From the NCBI GenBank assembly GCA_040143965.1, contig JASJQH010006889.1:1-53944 (forward strand): a DNA stretch of 53,944 nucleotides. Reading direction: 5' to 3'. Below are positions 25,735 through 38,519 of this stretch, one piece after another. How positions within the stretch are numbered: the stretch's first letter is position 1; each line of letters starts with the position of its first letter. The position numbers and the translations under genes are program-made. The notes below the pieces were generated by a model that had not been told where the DNA came from, did no database searches, and was given only the letters and a program-made list of their open reading frames with translations. The DNA is from Basidiobolus ranarum. Lineage: Eukaryota.

Positions 25735-28455
25735 CTATGCTTTAGGCTCACATTGTAGTGAGTATAGATGAAGTTCATCTTCTGAATATGAAGGCATTCC
25801 ATTTTTAATGAACTCGTGAATACGTGGGATCTCTATAAATTCGTATGGTAGTTGCTGATATTGGACAATTTCCCCAAGCATCTTACTGATTAATCGAAAT
25901 TTTGCAAAGTTGATCAAATGTGTCGATTTGCTGGCAGTTGTGGTATCGGTAGACTGTCCATCTCCTTCGGAAAGGTGGGTAGTAATACGCTCCAATGTGG
26001 CCGTGTCTTTTGCATCTTTTTCATTCAGTGGAAGTTTTGGCTTAGTTTGAGGAGTAGAGAAAGCACAACTTTGTGTGTTATTGAAAACCGGAGATGGAAG
26101 ATACACTGTGGGGGTTACTGATATATATGTAGGATTCCCATCTTCAGCAAACACTAGATCGGTCAAGTGGAAGCCAAGATAAGGCAGCACTGGAACGCTA
26201 ACTCCAGTAGCTTGAAGGCATGTACGATAGGTTCGGTGGTTATCGCTTCTTGAGATCACCTTCGCAAGATGTGAGTAGATTTGTAGGTATTTGTTGGGAA
26301 GTGATTTCCATAGTCCTTTCAGCCTTTGAACAGATGATTGCTCTAGCCCAGCAACGATCTCAAAACATCCATTGTAGTTGTGGATCTTTAGACAAATCTG
26401 CGCTGCTTGAATCAATCGTTTGACAATTGTTACTCGGGCGGATGAAGAGTTGGTAGTGACTATTATTCCAGAAATACCATAGGCTATTTTGTTGAACCAC
26501 CGAATAAACCCTGAGAGATGCGGAGTCATTTTCTCTTTTATCGCTCTATCACACCACGAGTGATTGAAGAATTCATTCAAATGTATTGCGAAGAACAAAT
26601 GCTGCTCTAATAATGTTAATTGCTGAGCAAAGTCCTTGGGATCGATATCGGTGATAGACAGTCTCTCTATTGGTCCTCTTGTCTTGCTTGTGTCTACTTT
26701 GTATGATGTTGGAAAAGGAGATGAGGCAATGGGCGGAGTCAATGTCACAGTGCTCATCCCCCAAGATATCTTACTGATCGAGTCTGAACCATCTTCCATT
26801 TGGACGAAGCGGTGATACAGACTCTGAGACGTATCATCAGCTCCTTTACTGGGAAGTAGTAGCCATCCAATTGGAATAATATCTCGCTCTCCCATCTTTT
26901 CATATACAGAGTCAGCAAACTTCGTACGTTTTTCGTCACATGCCACCACTTCCTCGAGAAAAAGAAGAACCAGTTCAGTCATCTCTCGACTGAGAGAGAA
27001 GTCCTCACAAAAAAGATCGATCCATTTCTTAAAAGTGTTGAGTACACGGAGCTGAATGATATTATCCCATTCATCCTGTTTAGCCATTGTATCGGGTATC
27101 TGCTCATCCTCCATCCTGTCTTGTGCTCTTTTTGTGATGTTAATTGTACTATTCAGATATCGGATTATCAATAGTCGAGTAACATCTAAGGGATCCGCAA
27201 AATAGCGATAAGTGCGCAAAAAGTCCATTATGTAATTGGGATCATTTTGACCTTCACAAGCCAACATTCGAACCAAGTAACGAAGAGAAGAAGCCCTTAC
27301 CATAGCTTTGCCAGTTTGCGATTCTAGAATCACCTCATGTGATGCATCATCTAAATCTGATGGCCACATTATATATGAAGGGGCCAAAGGATCTGTAGGA
27401 GTAGATGTGTTTGGAGAGGAAGCTCCAGAGGTATGTTCTTCTTCTAAGGAGACTGACTCCACTGCTTCAGGGTCTTCCCTAGGGGTAAGATGAGAAGGAT
27501 AATGGTCCGAAAAGTTGTTAACGGAAGCAGATTCTTCATCCTCTAGGCCTTGAAGGTCTGTGCTAATAATTTCAACTTTTAGCTTGTTCAAGAGAAGTGG
27601 TGAAATAAGGCATAAGAGTGAGTTTCCAATAGTTCTATCATATACTTTGATATCTCCAAGAGCCTTGATCGATTCTTTACCCCTAAAAAATGGCAAATCT
27701 GAGGATGTCGTGGCCGGGGACACTGGTGGAGTGAAATCAGGTCGCCATACTCGAGCAAGACGCGGTGGAGTACTTCCCAGTATGTGCGGATCCGAAGCCA
27801 ATGAACTAGAGTTGCTTTGAGTACTATCACACCGTTTACGAAGAAAGTATGGTTCACTTGAGGCACTTTCAAAGCTCCCTGAGGAGACTGAGGACGAGTC
27901 ATCCTCCAACTCTAAAGAGTCGGATTCTTGAAGAGCTTGATTGATGCTATTTGAATGGAATTTGGAATTTAACGGCGACTGTAATGGACTGGATGGTTTG
28001 GCTTTGGTTGAAGAGTTGGAAAGTCTAGGTGACCCGAGTGATTTATGGATTGGAATAGCATCACTAGTTGCACTTTTTTTTAGCAATGGAGGTGAGATAC
28101 TTTGATGAGATGTGTCTTCGGGATAGTTGAGACTTTTGGTTACTAGGGATTTAGCTCCCTTCTGAGCAAAACTACTCCTATACCTTAAGTTCTCGGTGGA
28201 TTTTGAATGTAGCAAGCTATATCCTGAATTCGTAGAGCTTCTGATGAAGTTCGTTGGGAGAGTGGATGAATATGGGATGTCCGATTTATCTTTGAACAAC
28301 TGGAACGTATTTAAAGAAGAGGTTCTCTGTGGAAACTCTTGGGGTGGAACGGGCTTACTGCTAGAAGACATTGAAAGGGATTTCACTTTTTTTGGCAATC
28401 TATCTTTGGTTACACTTACAGGATCTACTTTGTTGCCTCTAGCAACCAAAAACAT
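25735..28455 (-). CDS. Ras guanine nucleotide exchange factor (REM + CDC25 domains), single exon
   Basis: DFLRTYRYF and IQLRVLNTFKKWI (REM); FAQQLTLLE, NYNGCFEIVAGL, PVLPYLGFHLTDLVFAEDGNP and LINFAKFR (CDC25). Confidence 0.93.
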   Translation of the reverse strand: MFLVARGNKVDPVSVTKDRLPKKVKSLSMSSSSKPVPPQEFPQRTSSLNTFQLFKDKSDIPYSSTLPTNFIRSSTNSGYSLLHSKSTENLRYRSSFAQKGAKSLVTKSLNYPEDTSHQSISPPLLKKSATSDAIPIHKSLGSPRLSNSSTKAKPSSPLQSPLNSKFHSNSINQALQESDSLELEDDSSSVSSGSFESASSEPYFLRKRCDSTQSNSSSLASDPHILGSTPPRLARVWRPDFTPPVSPATTSSDLPFFRGKESIKALGDIKVYDRTIGNSLLCLISPLLLNKLKVEIISTDLQGLEDEESASVNNFSDHYPSHLTPREDPEAVESVSLEEEHTSGASSPNTSTPTDPLAPSYIMWPSDLDDASHEVILESQTGKAMVRASSLRYLVRMLACEGQNDPNYIMDFLRTYRYFADPLDVTRLLIIRYLNSTINITKRAQDRMEDEQIPDTMAKQDEWDNIIQLRVLNTFKKWIDLFCEDFSLSREMTELVLLFLEEVVACDEKRTKFADSVYEKMGERDIIPIGWLLLPSKGADDTSQSLYHRFVQMEDGSDSISKISWGMSTVTLTPPIASSPFPTSYKVDTSKTRGPIERLSITDIDPKDFAQQLTLLEQHLFFAIHLNEFFNHSWCDRAIKEKMTPHLSGFIRWFNKIAYGISGIIVTTNSSSARVTIVKRLIQAAQICLKIHNYNGCFEIVAGLEQSSVQRLKGLWKSLPNKYLQIYSHLAKVISRSDNHRTYRTCLQATGVSVPVLPYLGFHLTDLVFAEDGNPTYISVTPTVYLPSPVFNNTQSCAFSTPQTKPKLPLNEKDAKDTATLERITTHLSEGDGQSTDTTTASKSTHLINFAKFRLISKMLGEIVQYQQLPYEFIEIPRIHEFIKNGMPSYSEDELHLYSLQCEPKA

Positions 28456-29879
28456 AACATACAGAGAGCAAAAACGTAGCGCAAGATCTCAATCCAACCT
28501 CTGGAACTGAGAATTGAAAATCAGAATAGTATTGGGGATGGAAATGTAGAGATCTGTTCTGGGAGCTGTTCTGATTTATCTTCTAATTGCTCTAATAATT
28601 GTGGTCTAAATGAGTGTTAGTCGCCCTGCGAACAAATGTAGCGTTAGGAAGGTTAAATGAGGGATTTGGGAAGGCAAAGGAGACGTTTAAGAGAGAGGAA
28701 ATAGAGCGCTGAACATTAAAAGGAAAAGCGGGAGTCAAGAAAATAGGTAGCCTATAGTGACAATCGGAACTTTATCAAACGTAGAGTCGGGAAAGCAGGG
28801 GGGCTGTTATTATGATAAGTACAAATACCCTGTAAGATTTAGGGGCTAGAGTCAGGGAGGTATCAATGACCACCTAGAGACAGAATACTATGCACAAATA
28901 ATACCTTGCTGAGCATTTAAGGAACTGTGTCATGTACCTAGGAGATATGTTAAACCTTGACTGATTGGTTGAGGCACAAGACAAGCATTCATGAAGTAAT
29001 TGATCTAGTACTTAGACTTAGCCCAAGTTCTCCTTCGCTGACGGTTCCCTGTCATGTTGTTAAAGGTAACTGTTCAAATAGTGAATTTCGTAGTTTCTAT
29101 CGCAAAGGACATGACCACTAGAACCGGTTTCATCACCGCGCTTATTTAAATCGAATGCTGACATCAATTTGAAGAAGCCATCTCGAATCAAACCATTAAT
29201 GGAAGCCCACATGGCTAGCAATATACCATTGACAACGCTCCATCAGTCTCTCTTGCTAAACAGCTTGGAATTCACTCTAGGGCTAGGGTAGCATTCAGTG
29301 CGAAACATTTAATATATTCTAACCATGCATTAGGCGTATATTGGGCGTGTATCGGATTAAGCGTGTATTAGATTATTTTCTAGACCAGACCAGTTACGCA
29401 AAGAACCTTTTAATACTTAGTACATATGGTCTAACACATTGTGATGAGATGTTACTATTTTGATAGAGGTTCCGTCCATATGTGTACATCAGTGACTTCT
29501 CTATTAGCAGTCATTAAACCAAATTCATGACTGTCTTCATCCTTTTTGGCTTCAAGATGATTTCAATTACACCGAGAAGATTGAAGGTTCCATCTGGTGA
29601 CTTTTTCATACGATTTATTTAAGAGCAGAAAAATAACAATGCAAGTCCGCATCAAAAAGAATTGAAAAAGGTTGAGAAGCTAAATTCTCCAAGGAATTAA
29701 GTAAGAGGATGCTGAGAGTAGTTGACTAGGGTAAAAGGACAGGTTTTCTTGGGAACGAAGTGAAAAGTAATATAGACACAAGTGATTGGTTGTTTAAAGA
29801 TGCGGTCAAGAAAAGATTGAAATCTTATGAAAATAACAGAAACGGTAATACAAAAGAAATATAGAAATAAACAAGTTAT

Positions 29880-31063
29880 CTAAAAACCAGTTAACGCTGA
29901 AATTCTAGCTTGGGCAAAGTTGTGAGCTGGAACAATCCCGATGATCCAACCAAGCTTCATCTTGAAGTCCTCAACAGCATCGGCAAAGGTTCCATTGGAC
30001 TCGGTGTTATGCAAATCAAGACTATAAAGGCAAAATTGGTTAACTATATTCTGGTTGTACTTTATATTGTGAATCTTACTTTCTAGCCCAATCGCCCACA
30101 ACAAGCTGACCATAGATTCGACCTTCTCCCAGCTTACTAGCCGCGTCCTCAATGGCTTTTCTCCAATAGATGGCAATACGAGCATAAAGAGATTGCTTCA
30201 ACTTTTGATGTTTCGCATCGTCCCAATTTGGAAGACGATGAATAAAACTCGTAGCGGTATGTAGATATGAAAACGTCGTTGTGGGGAACTCCTCGTCCGA
30301 AGTAAAGTGACAGGCATATTCTAAAATCGCATCCTATATACAATCGTTAATTGCAAATTCATTGTATTCATGACTTACAAGGAACTAACCTGAATCTCAA
30401 TTAATACATGGTGGACACGGTTGAATGTATAAGGATCCCGGCCGGGCCCAAACTTGCTATATGGAAAGCTTTCCTGAAGTTTCCTTTCGAGGTTTGATAA
30501 GAGATTTGTAACCGACTGAATGGTTGGTTTGGGGACATAAGACGAAATCTCATTCTTTAACTGAGGATTATTATCAATGAGTTGGGTAATCACAGATAAT
30601 AGTTGACTTCTATCGAGCGGCTCTATTGGATTAAAAATTTTCGTTAAAATAGAGTTGACGGGCTTTAAGAAATAAAAGCATCATACCTAGCAATTTGTTG
30701 AGAGGAAGATGGCGAGTTAGACTTGAACGAAGTTTCTTCACAGGGTTGTATTGGTCCATTTCATCAACGTTGGTTCGCGTGACAGAATATTCAGCGGAAT
30801 CCTCATCTGAACCATCATCACGCATATGCTCATCAAAACTAGTTTTTCGCTTTCGACCTGTTGTTTATATACACGTATTTTTAATGAACGAAGAACAAAA
30901 AGAAAATAGTAGAGTCCATAATGGAAAATAGCTGACCTCTAGTGTACTCTAGATTTCTGATGATTGGGCTCCTTTGTGGTGAGAAACTTAGAGGCTTCTG
31001 GAGGAAAGGAGAATTTTGTGGAGAATGAACAGGAAAGCAAGGAGAATGTGAAGCTTCAGACAT
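29880..31063 (-). CDS. STS1: Nuclear proteasome tether Sts1/Cut8 (5 exons)
   Basis: ATG at 31063; NLS-like GRKRK, LPLNKLLEPLDRSQL, PKPTIQS, FPYSKFG..YTFNRV, FSYL..IHRLPNWD and LGWII. Confidence 0.88.
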
Positions 31064-31599
31064 GATTAAAGTCGTGTATGTGCAAAGAAAATTACAAATG
31101 AAATAAAGGTCAGTGGAGTAGAAATGAAAGGAGGAAGATAATAAAGATCGAATCAAAACTAGAAATTATTTGTAGTGGGGGGGATAATAGGGTTACTTTT
31201 ATGATTGAGCTGACGTACAGCCAATGTTTCGCAAGGGTTCGCAAGGGTAAGATTTCAGTTTTTTTTCTCATTTTATGGCTCTTATTAGTTAGCTAGGGAA
31301 TGTAGTTCCAGAACACTAGGCAACATGTGCGAATAGTAACTGATTTCGCGGCTGCTACGAATTGGAATTACCAATAAAAACTGCGGCACTGCAAGAGGCA
31401 GCACATCACGCGAAAATTTAGTCATAGCCCTCAAAATCATCAGGAATGCGCAATTATCGAAGATCTTGTTATGTATACAAATAGGTGCATATAATCAATA
31501 CGAATCTGGGATTTTTCGCCCGAAAGCTTAATATTTCTACTGCGCTGATTATATGAAACGATTTATGGGAAGGTTTCATTTCACTTCCACACCCAGAAA

Positions 31600-31820
31600 A
31601 ATGGCCATGATATTTGATCGCATTCTCTGCATTAAAGGATGGGAAATCAGATAACATCGATTGTAACCAAAGCTGGATAAGGCTGGAATATGGCTCGAAT
31701 ACTCCTTCGTATTGTTTGCAAATGAATGCACGATCATTCACGCAGATTTCTTGGATATGAATGAGATCGATCTTAGCGTCGTCAATCTCAGTATATGTAT
31801 GTTGGATATATTTATGTTGG
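31600..31820 (-). mobile_element. Possible decayed retroelement integrase-core fragment
   Basis: Within ORF 31469-31918, EICVNDRAFICKQYEGVF..DFPSFNAENAIK loosely matches eI.sDrg.aF.s..f..yhPqsNg.aEraik. Confidence 0.3.
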
Positions 31821-31927
31821 ATTATGTTGTCACGATTCGGATCATTATCAGCGTTAGTTGTGAATGCCATACTTAGCTGAAATGTGTTGATTTGTGAGAT
31901 TATGGTAAGACTAGCCAAGGTGATGGG

Positions 31928-32002
31928 TCAATACGGTGCTCTATAATGGTGTCTCTTATCAATACGGTGCTCTATAATGGTGTCTCTTATCAATACGGTG
32001 CT
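31928..32002. repeat. 31-bp tandem repeat, 2.4 copies (tcaatacggtgctctataatggtgtctctta)
   Basis: Exact copies at 31928 and 31959; partial copy at 31990. Confidence 0.95.
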
Positions 32003-32472
32003 TTATGCTCCTTAAGCGTTGTTGTTGCACATTCTATTATTAGTGGTCTAACTGTGATGTTAACACACTGAATGGTGTCTTGGCGATGATTTGATACCCA
32101 TTGCATTGAATGTAGAGGAAGAATGTAGGGCAATTAGCTCTGTTCTGAATATATGCTATGATGAAAATGATGCAAGATACAATAAAATCAATCACTCGAC
32201 AAAGGATGAAGCACGTACTATGTTCAAATATGATCCCGACATAATGATTGACTTCGGATTTCTAATTGTTGTATGCTTAGGTTGCAGCAGCTACTGAACT
32301 CAAATTTCCTTCACTAAGCCTAACCCACCACGTCGGTAGCGCCCATCCTGAGGATATATATACTCGGGTGCTTCCTTCGAACTAATTCGTATCTCGACTT
32401 CTCGCCTCAATTTCCTGTTTCAACTAAAAAATACTCTTTTTGAACTATCCTTATACATCTACGTCTTTAAGA

Positions 32473-33402
32473 ATGGTCTACTCCTCTGTATTCGACATGA
32501 ACGCCACCCACAACAAAGTCAACCAAAGTTTTGAGCAAACACGTCTTACTAACGATGAGATTCAAATGGCTTTCATCCCAAATCTTGACGATGTATTTGC
32601 TGACATGAGTTTGTGGAGACCAGAGCATCGCGGTGTGACTACCAATGGCCCATCTCAACAACTACCATCAATCAACCGCGCATTTGATGTCAAAGGGTTC
32701 CATAAGAGTATTCCTCAACCAAGCCTACCCAAACAAAATATCAAGGATGTCGCGCTTTATAAAACTGAGATGTGTAGGTCGTTTGAAGAAACGGGAAGTT
32801 GCCGGTAAGTATATGTCGGAAATTTTATTTACTTATTATATGATCATTAAAATCGATCATTTCTCTCATGTTTCTGTAGTTATGGCGAGAAATGTCAATT
32901 CGCACATGGAGCTTCGGAGCTTCGTGTAGTTAGAAGACACCCAAAATACAAGACACAATACTGCCGTACCTTCTGGGAGCAAGGATGTTGCCCATATGGA
33001 AAACGCTGCTGCTTCATCCATAGCGAAGAGGAAGTTCCTAGTTTTGAGTCGCATATTTCGAAGGTCCAGCAGACTCCTCCAACTCCAGTGATATCTTCCG
33101 TAGAAAAGAGTTCTTCCACCAACCTGCAAAAGAATCTCAAAGCCGAATGGGTGAAGACTTCGAAAGCGATTGGGCATTCCTGGGAGAAGCCTTCTATTAC
33201 TCCCTACCCTGCTGGTTTCCAGTTATTTAATGGCTTTGATAGCAATAGAAGTCAACCAGTATCGCGCCCCGTTGCAACCGCCTCTTTTCTTCATGGTGAG
33301 TGGTCACCTTTTAGTGGACTTGAAAAATCAAGGAAGCTTTCTATTTCCTCTATCAACCAAGAACTCCCAGAACGTTTATCTGCTTTTACTCAATTCTTTT
33401 AA
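32473..33402 (+). CDS. Tristetraprolin/ZFP36/Cth1/Zfs1-family tandem CCCH zinc-finger mRNA-decay factor (2 exons)
   Basis: [54 protein letters not shown]; intron 32805-32879; TATA-like run near 32354. Confidence 0.93.
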
Positions 33403-33764
33403 AAGAACATTAACCTCGTGTATTTAAACAGTTTCAAAAAGCTGTTTCATATTGATTTTCACTCATGGCCTTAGATATTTCTAAAGTGTCCTTAATTTTG
33501 CATCATTTCTCAAGCAATATTGGCGTTCACTTCACGATTCTTAGAACAGGTTATCATTGTTCCTTCGATTCATTCCACATGATATCCTTTAGATGTTACT
33601 TTATTTTCATAATAAACTATGTTTCCGATTAGACATACATTTGTGATGGTTAGAAATTCAATTCGCCTATATAAATAAGGTTACAAAATTTTGCCCATAT
33701 TTTGATATAACCATTATTATTCAATTAATGGATATTCCTTTTACACTTGCTATTATCGTTATAT

Positions 33765-36700
33765 ATGTTCGCCGAAGAAACGGACACTTTTTTTGAGGTG
33801 TTCACAGAAAACCCAGAAGTAGATTTTCTGTTACCAGGTGTTTCTAAGAAACGAAAGACATTACCCTTGTTAGAACCAAGTTATAACCAAGTGAGGCAAA
33901 GAAGAGATGGATCGCCTGATTTGAAATACAAACCGACAGTTATCTTGCAAGATGAATTCGTTAAGGATCGAGAATGTGAGGTCAATTTTGCAGATCCTTT
34001 AAACACTAATCTGGAAAAGAATCCTAGTGAATTGCTAACTTTAAGTCATAAGGTAGCATTGACGCGTGCTAATTTTCTACAGCGTTTACAATTCTTACAA
34101 TTATCTTTAATTAGGCTTATCATAAAGCTGCAGTACCTGTCGACCACACATATATTCCTTTGGACAAACATGAATTTTCTCATCCACCAAAATTCGGGTT
34201 TAAACTCGATCCTTTTCAAGATTTAGCTTGTCGTTGTGTCGAAAGAGATGAGTCAGTATTAGTTAGTGCACACACAAGTGCTGGAAAAACTGTGATAGCC
34301 GAGTATGCCATTGATCATAGCATTCGAAACCAACAGCGGATAATCTACACTAGCCCCATCAAGGTTCTAGTTTAGTCTATTCCTCCTCAGTTAGAAGAGC
34401 TTTAGTAAACGAACAATGTTTCTATTCTAGGCACTAAGTAATCAAAAGTATAACGATTTTCGAGAGAAATATTCGGATGTTGGACTGCTTACGGGAGACG
34501 TAGTACATAATGAAAATGCACAATGTTTAGTAATGACAACTGAGGTAAAGATACTTCGAATTTATTGTAGGAAATCATGTCACTTACTCTTGAAAACCCT
34601 GGATCTGTCAGATTCTTCGTAGTATGATTTTTCAAAGTCCCGCTTTATTGAATGAGGTTGCTTGGGTTATATTTGATGAGGTTCATTATATGCAACACAG
34701 AGGTAGAAGAGAGGAATAACTGCACTATGTTATATATCAAATCAGTAATCGAGATCTCAATCTTTATCCTAGAGCGTGGCCTGGTTTGGGAAGAGTCGAT
34801 CATACTTCTTCCTAGTCATATTCGGTGTGTGTTCCTGTCAGCCACCATTCCAAACGCCGGGGAATTTATTCAATGGGTGTGCAAAACCCGTCAACAGGTA
34901 GAATTGCTATGAACTATGAACGAAAAGAGCTTATTCTAACGAACTCCTCGGATAATATAGCCTTGTCATGTAGTTCATATTGATTATCGTCCTACCCCTT
35001 TGCAGTACTACGTATATCCTTCTGGAGGAGATGGTATCTACATGGTGATGGATGAGAATAAACAGTTCAATGAAAGGAATTTCGAAAAAGCGCTTACCTG
35101 CTTGGATAATGTATTAGAGCCTGACATTCTCTCAAAAGCAAAGCCTGTGAAGAAAGGAAAAAGTATGACTAAGACCTCTTTGTATTCATAATTCTCCGTA
35201 CTAAACCTATTGTTTAAAGCCCCTGCTGAGATCCAAAAACTTCTGGGCATGATTATCACCAAAAACCAATATCCTGCCATTATCTTTGCTTTCAATCGCC
35301 GAGAAGTAGAGGCATGTGCATATGCTATGAATGATCTCAGTCTTCTTACTGAAGATGAGATTGACAAAGTGGAAAAAATATTCAATAGCGGCATCGAGAG
35401 TGGGCTGAAGGAGTGCGATCGATCTTTATCCCAAGTTGAACGAATGTTGCCTTTGCTCAGACAAGGAGTCGGGTTTCATCATTCGGGGTTACTTCCAATT
35501 CTTCGAGAGCTTATCGAGATTATGTTCCAAGAAGGGCTAATCAAGGTAAACATACTTTTTCTCTCACATGTTAGGAAGTACTGACCTGTCATTTTAGCTC
35601 TTATTTGCCACAGAAACATTCTCCATTGGGTTGAATATGCCGGCAAAAACTGTCATATTCTCTTCTATTCGGAAATATGACGGTATCACCAACCGCTGGG
35701 TAAATATGTCTGAAGGAATGTTGACTTGAGCTGCTCACTAAACACACCATTCTTATTTCCATAACGCGTAGCTTACACCCGGGGAATTTATCCAGATGAG
35801 TGGACGTGCTGGGCGACGAGGAGTTGACGATCGTGGATTGGTTATCATGTTTTTGGATGCTAAGATTCCACCTGAAGCGACTAGAGAGATGCTCGAAGTA
35901 CATATACATCTACGTCGATGGTCTGCCATGCTTGTTTAACTGATCTTGTTTATAAAGGGAGATGCACCTCCGCTAAATTCCGCTTTTCATCTAACTTACG
36001 CAACCATTCTTAATTTAATGAGATGTAACACTACTCAGCCAGAGTCCATATTAGAGCAGTCATTCTATCGCTTCCAAAATAGTATTCGTCAGCCTGAACT
36101 TACTCAAGGTATAGGGGGTTTCATTTTGTTGTACGAAATACAACCCTCACTAACAGACTACTCTCTCAGAACTCTGCGAGTTATCACAACAATATGAAGC
36201 TTCGAAGATGGTAGAGTCACAGAGTATCGCACAATACTTTGAGATCCGACAAAAACTTGATCAATACTCTCAAGATCTTCGAAACATCATCTATCATCCG
36301 ATTTATGTCAAGAAGTTCATTCAAAAAGGGCGTTTGGTACGAGTGGAATATAAGGGGCGTGATTTAGGCTGGGGGTGTTTGACTCGTGCTCTGAACTATC
36401 CCCAGACTAAAGGAAAGGTAGCGAAGCCAGCATTTCTTTTAGCAAATAGCCTCGGAAATCTCACTTTTTATATTGTAGAGTTCAAAAGAACAAATCATCG
36501 ATCCTTACGACTTTAAGAGAAGCTCGTTATACATTGTCGAAGTGCTGATATATTGTGCCTCTGGGACAGTTATCACAGTGGATCCTAACTTTTGTGCTAC
36601 CAATATAGAACCGTGTCCTGTCGGCGAGAGTGGAGTAATGACCCCAGTTTCTCTGCCCCTATCTGCTCTTGTAGAGGTCAGTTCTCTACGGATCTTTTTA

Positions 36701-38191
36701 CCAAAAGAGTTAGAATCGAGACCGGTACAAGGGCGTAACACTGTATTCAGCCATCTGAAGGTTGTATATCATATCAACATTCTTTGATAGTCTTAAGTAC
36801 TTACCGCTTCTTGTTAGAATCTGGAAAAGCGATTTCCTGATGGATTTCCATTACTTGATCCCATTCAAGATTTAAATGTCCCAGAGCAAGACATTGTACA
36901 TATTGTTAAGGTATTTTGAACACATAACGCTGGGTCACAACGGGTATCTTTATTAAGAAATTTCATTTCGCTAGAAAATCGAAGAGTTAGAAGAGATTCT
37001 GTACTCTAATTCACTTGTTAATGATCCTCGGCTCTCAGAATTATACAATAGTTATGTGCATAGTAAGTCTTTACAAAAGAAAATAAGGAAAGTGAAGAGC
37101 GAGCTCAAGAATGCACAATCAGTGATTGAATTGAAGTTAATGAAATCCCGTAAACGTGTTTTGCGAAGGTATGGAGTCTAGATTGATAAGTTAGCGACTT
37201 GTAGCTAATAGTCATTTTAGTCTAGGCTATATCAAAGATGATTGTGTTTCTCCTAAAGGGCAAGCCGCATGCGCCATTCAATCCGGCCACGAGCTTGTGC
37301 TAACAGAGATGATATTTAGCGCGGCCTTTCAAAAGCTTGAACCTGAACAAATTGCTGCTCTGTGTAGTTGTTTTATATTCACATCTCAGGTGGCTTTTCG
37401 ATTACCACTTACTCTTTACCTTCCGAAATATCTGAAAACTAATGAATGTTTTATTTGAATGTGCAAATGAAGCCAATTGAGCCTCCAAAACTCCGTAAAG
37501 AATTAGCCGATGCTTTGAGCAAGCTGAAGGTATTGATTCAAAAGCCTTTGATCTGTGCTACTTTTTCCATTCTTACGTGAATATATTTTTCCTTCACCAA
37601 TGTAGCTCTGCACAAGAGTCGTAGTAGAGGCTTCGGAAAAAGCTCACCTCACTCTGGAAGATACTGAGTACAAGTATGCAGAATACGATGGATATATGGA
37701 TATTGTTTATGAGTGGTGCAAGGTAGATGTAATATCGATACGTTACCAAAGATCAACCGTTCTAAATGCCGTAATTCGCAATATCTAGGGAGCTACTTTA
37801 GCTGAAATCATGGAAAAGCCTGATCGCGGCTTCGAAGGAGATATCATCAGAGGGCTTCGAAGATTATTAGAGTTGATGCAGGAACTTGCCGCGGTAGCTA
37901 AGGTGATAGGAAATAATCAACTAGAAGAGAAGTTCGAAAAAGGTTTTTTGGATTTACTTTATTTCAATGGAATTTCACACAATGGCATTATTGTCATTTG
38001 GGATTATGTAACCGTGTATGGAGATTTTGGATATTACTGAGTGCAAAGAGCACAGTTAAGATCTCCAGAGTTTATTGCTTTGTATGAATTCGATCTTTCT
38101 TTCTCATCTTTTCTCATCACGTGTATTTTGTCTAGCGTCCTCTTTGATTCAACGCGATATCGTATCTGCCGCAAGTTTGTACATAGAATAA
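33765..38191 (+). CDS. MTR4: Mtr4/Dob1-type Ski2-like RNA helicase (many exons, divergent)
   Basis: [49 protein letters not shown] and [10 protein letters not shown]; arch/KOW region; C-terminal [10 protein letters not shown]. Confidence 0.9.
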
Positions 38192-38519
38192 CTGCGCAAG
38201 GCTACATACTTGGGTCGGAACAATTCAACACATTATAATCCAGGTTTGTGTAGTGCTCTGTACGTATATTCTCACGTTTATCTTCTTTCTTTTGCCTATT
38301 GTTTATCCAATGATGAAAAAGAAAGGAGGGGAGGGGAGTGTAAGATGGATGTCCAATAAGATAGAAGCTCCGTAGAGATGTTTCTTGGTATCAAGTAATT
38401 TGAGTTCAATAAATTCGATTAGAAATACGCTCTTCGATTGGTCACTAAGAATTAGGACTGAAGCAAGAAAGATCTTTACAATAGGATGGTTGGTGCTTTT
38501 ATTGAATCTAAATTGGTTT

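Noticed and set aside
32091..32297. 68-codon ORF upstream of the CCCH gene
   Set aside because: TTG start, no recognisable motif and no splice support.
33403..33620. Autoregulatory AU-rich elements in the CCCH gene 3' UTR
   Set aside because: There is only one ATTTA and no TTATTTATT nonamer, which is no more than background in AT-rich DNA.
38020..38066. SECIS element or selenoprotein recoding
   Set aside because: The hairpin lacks the AUGA..AA..GA spacing and is intronic, and no reconstructed gene needs an in-frame TGA.
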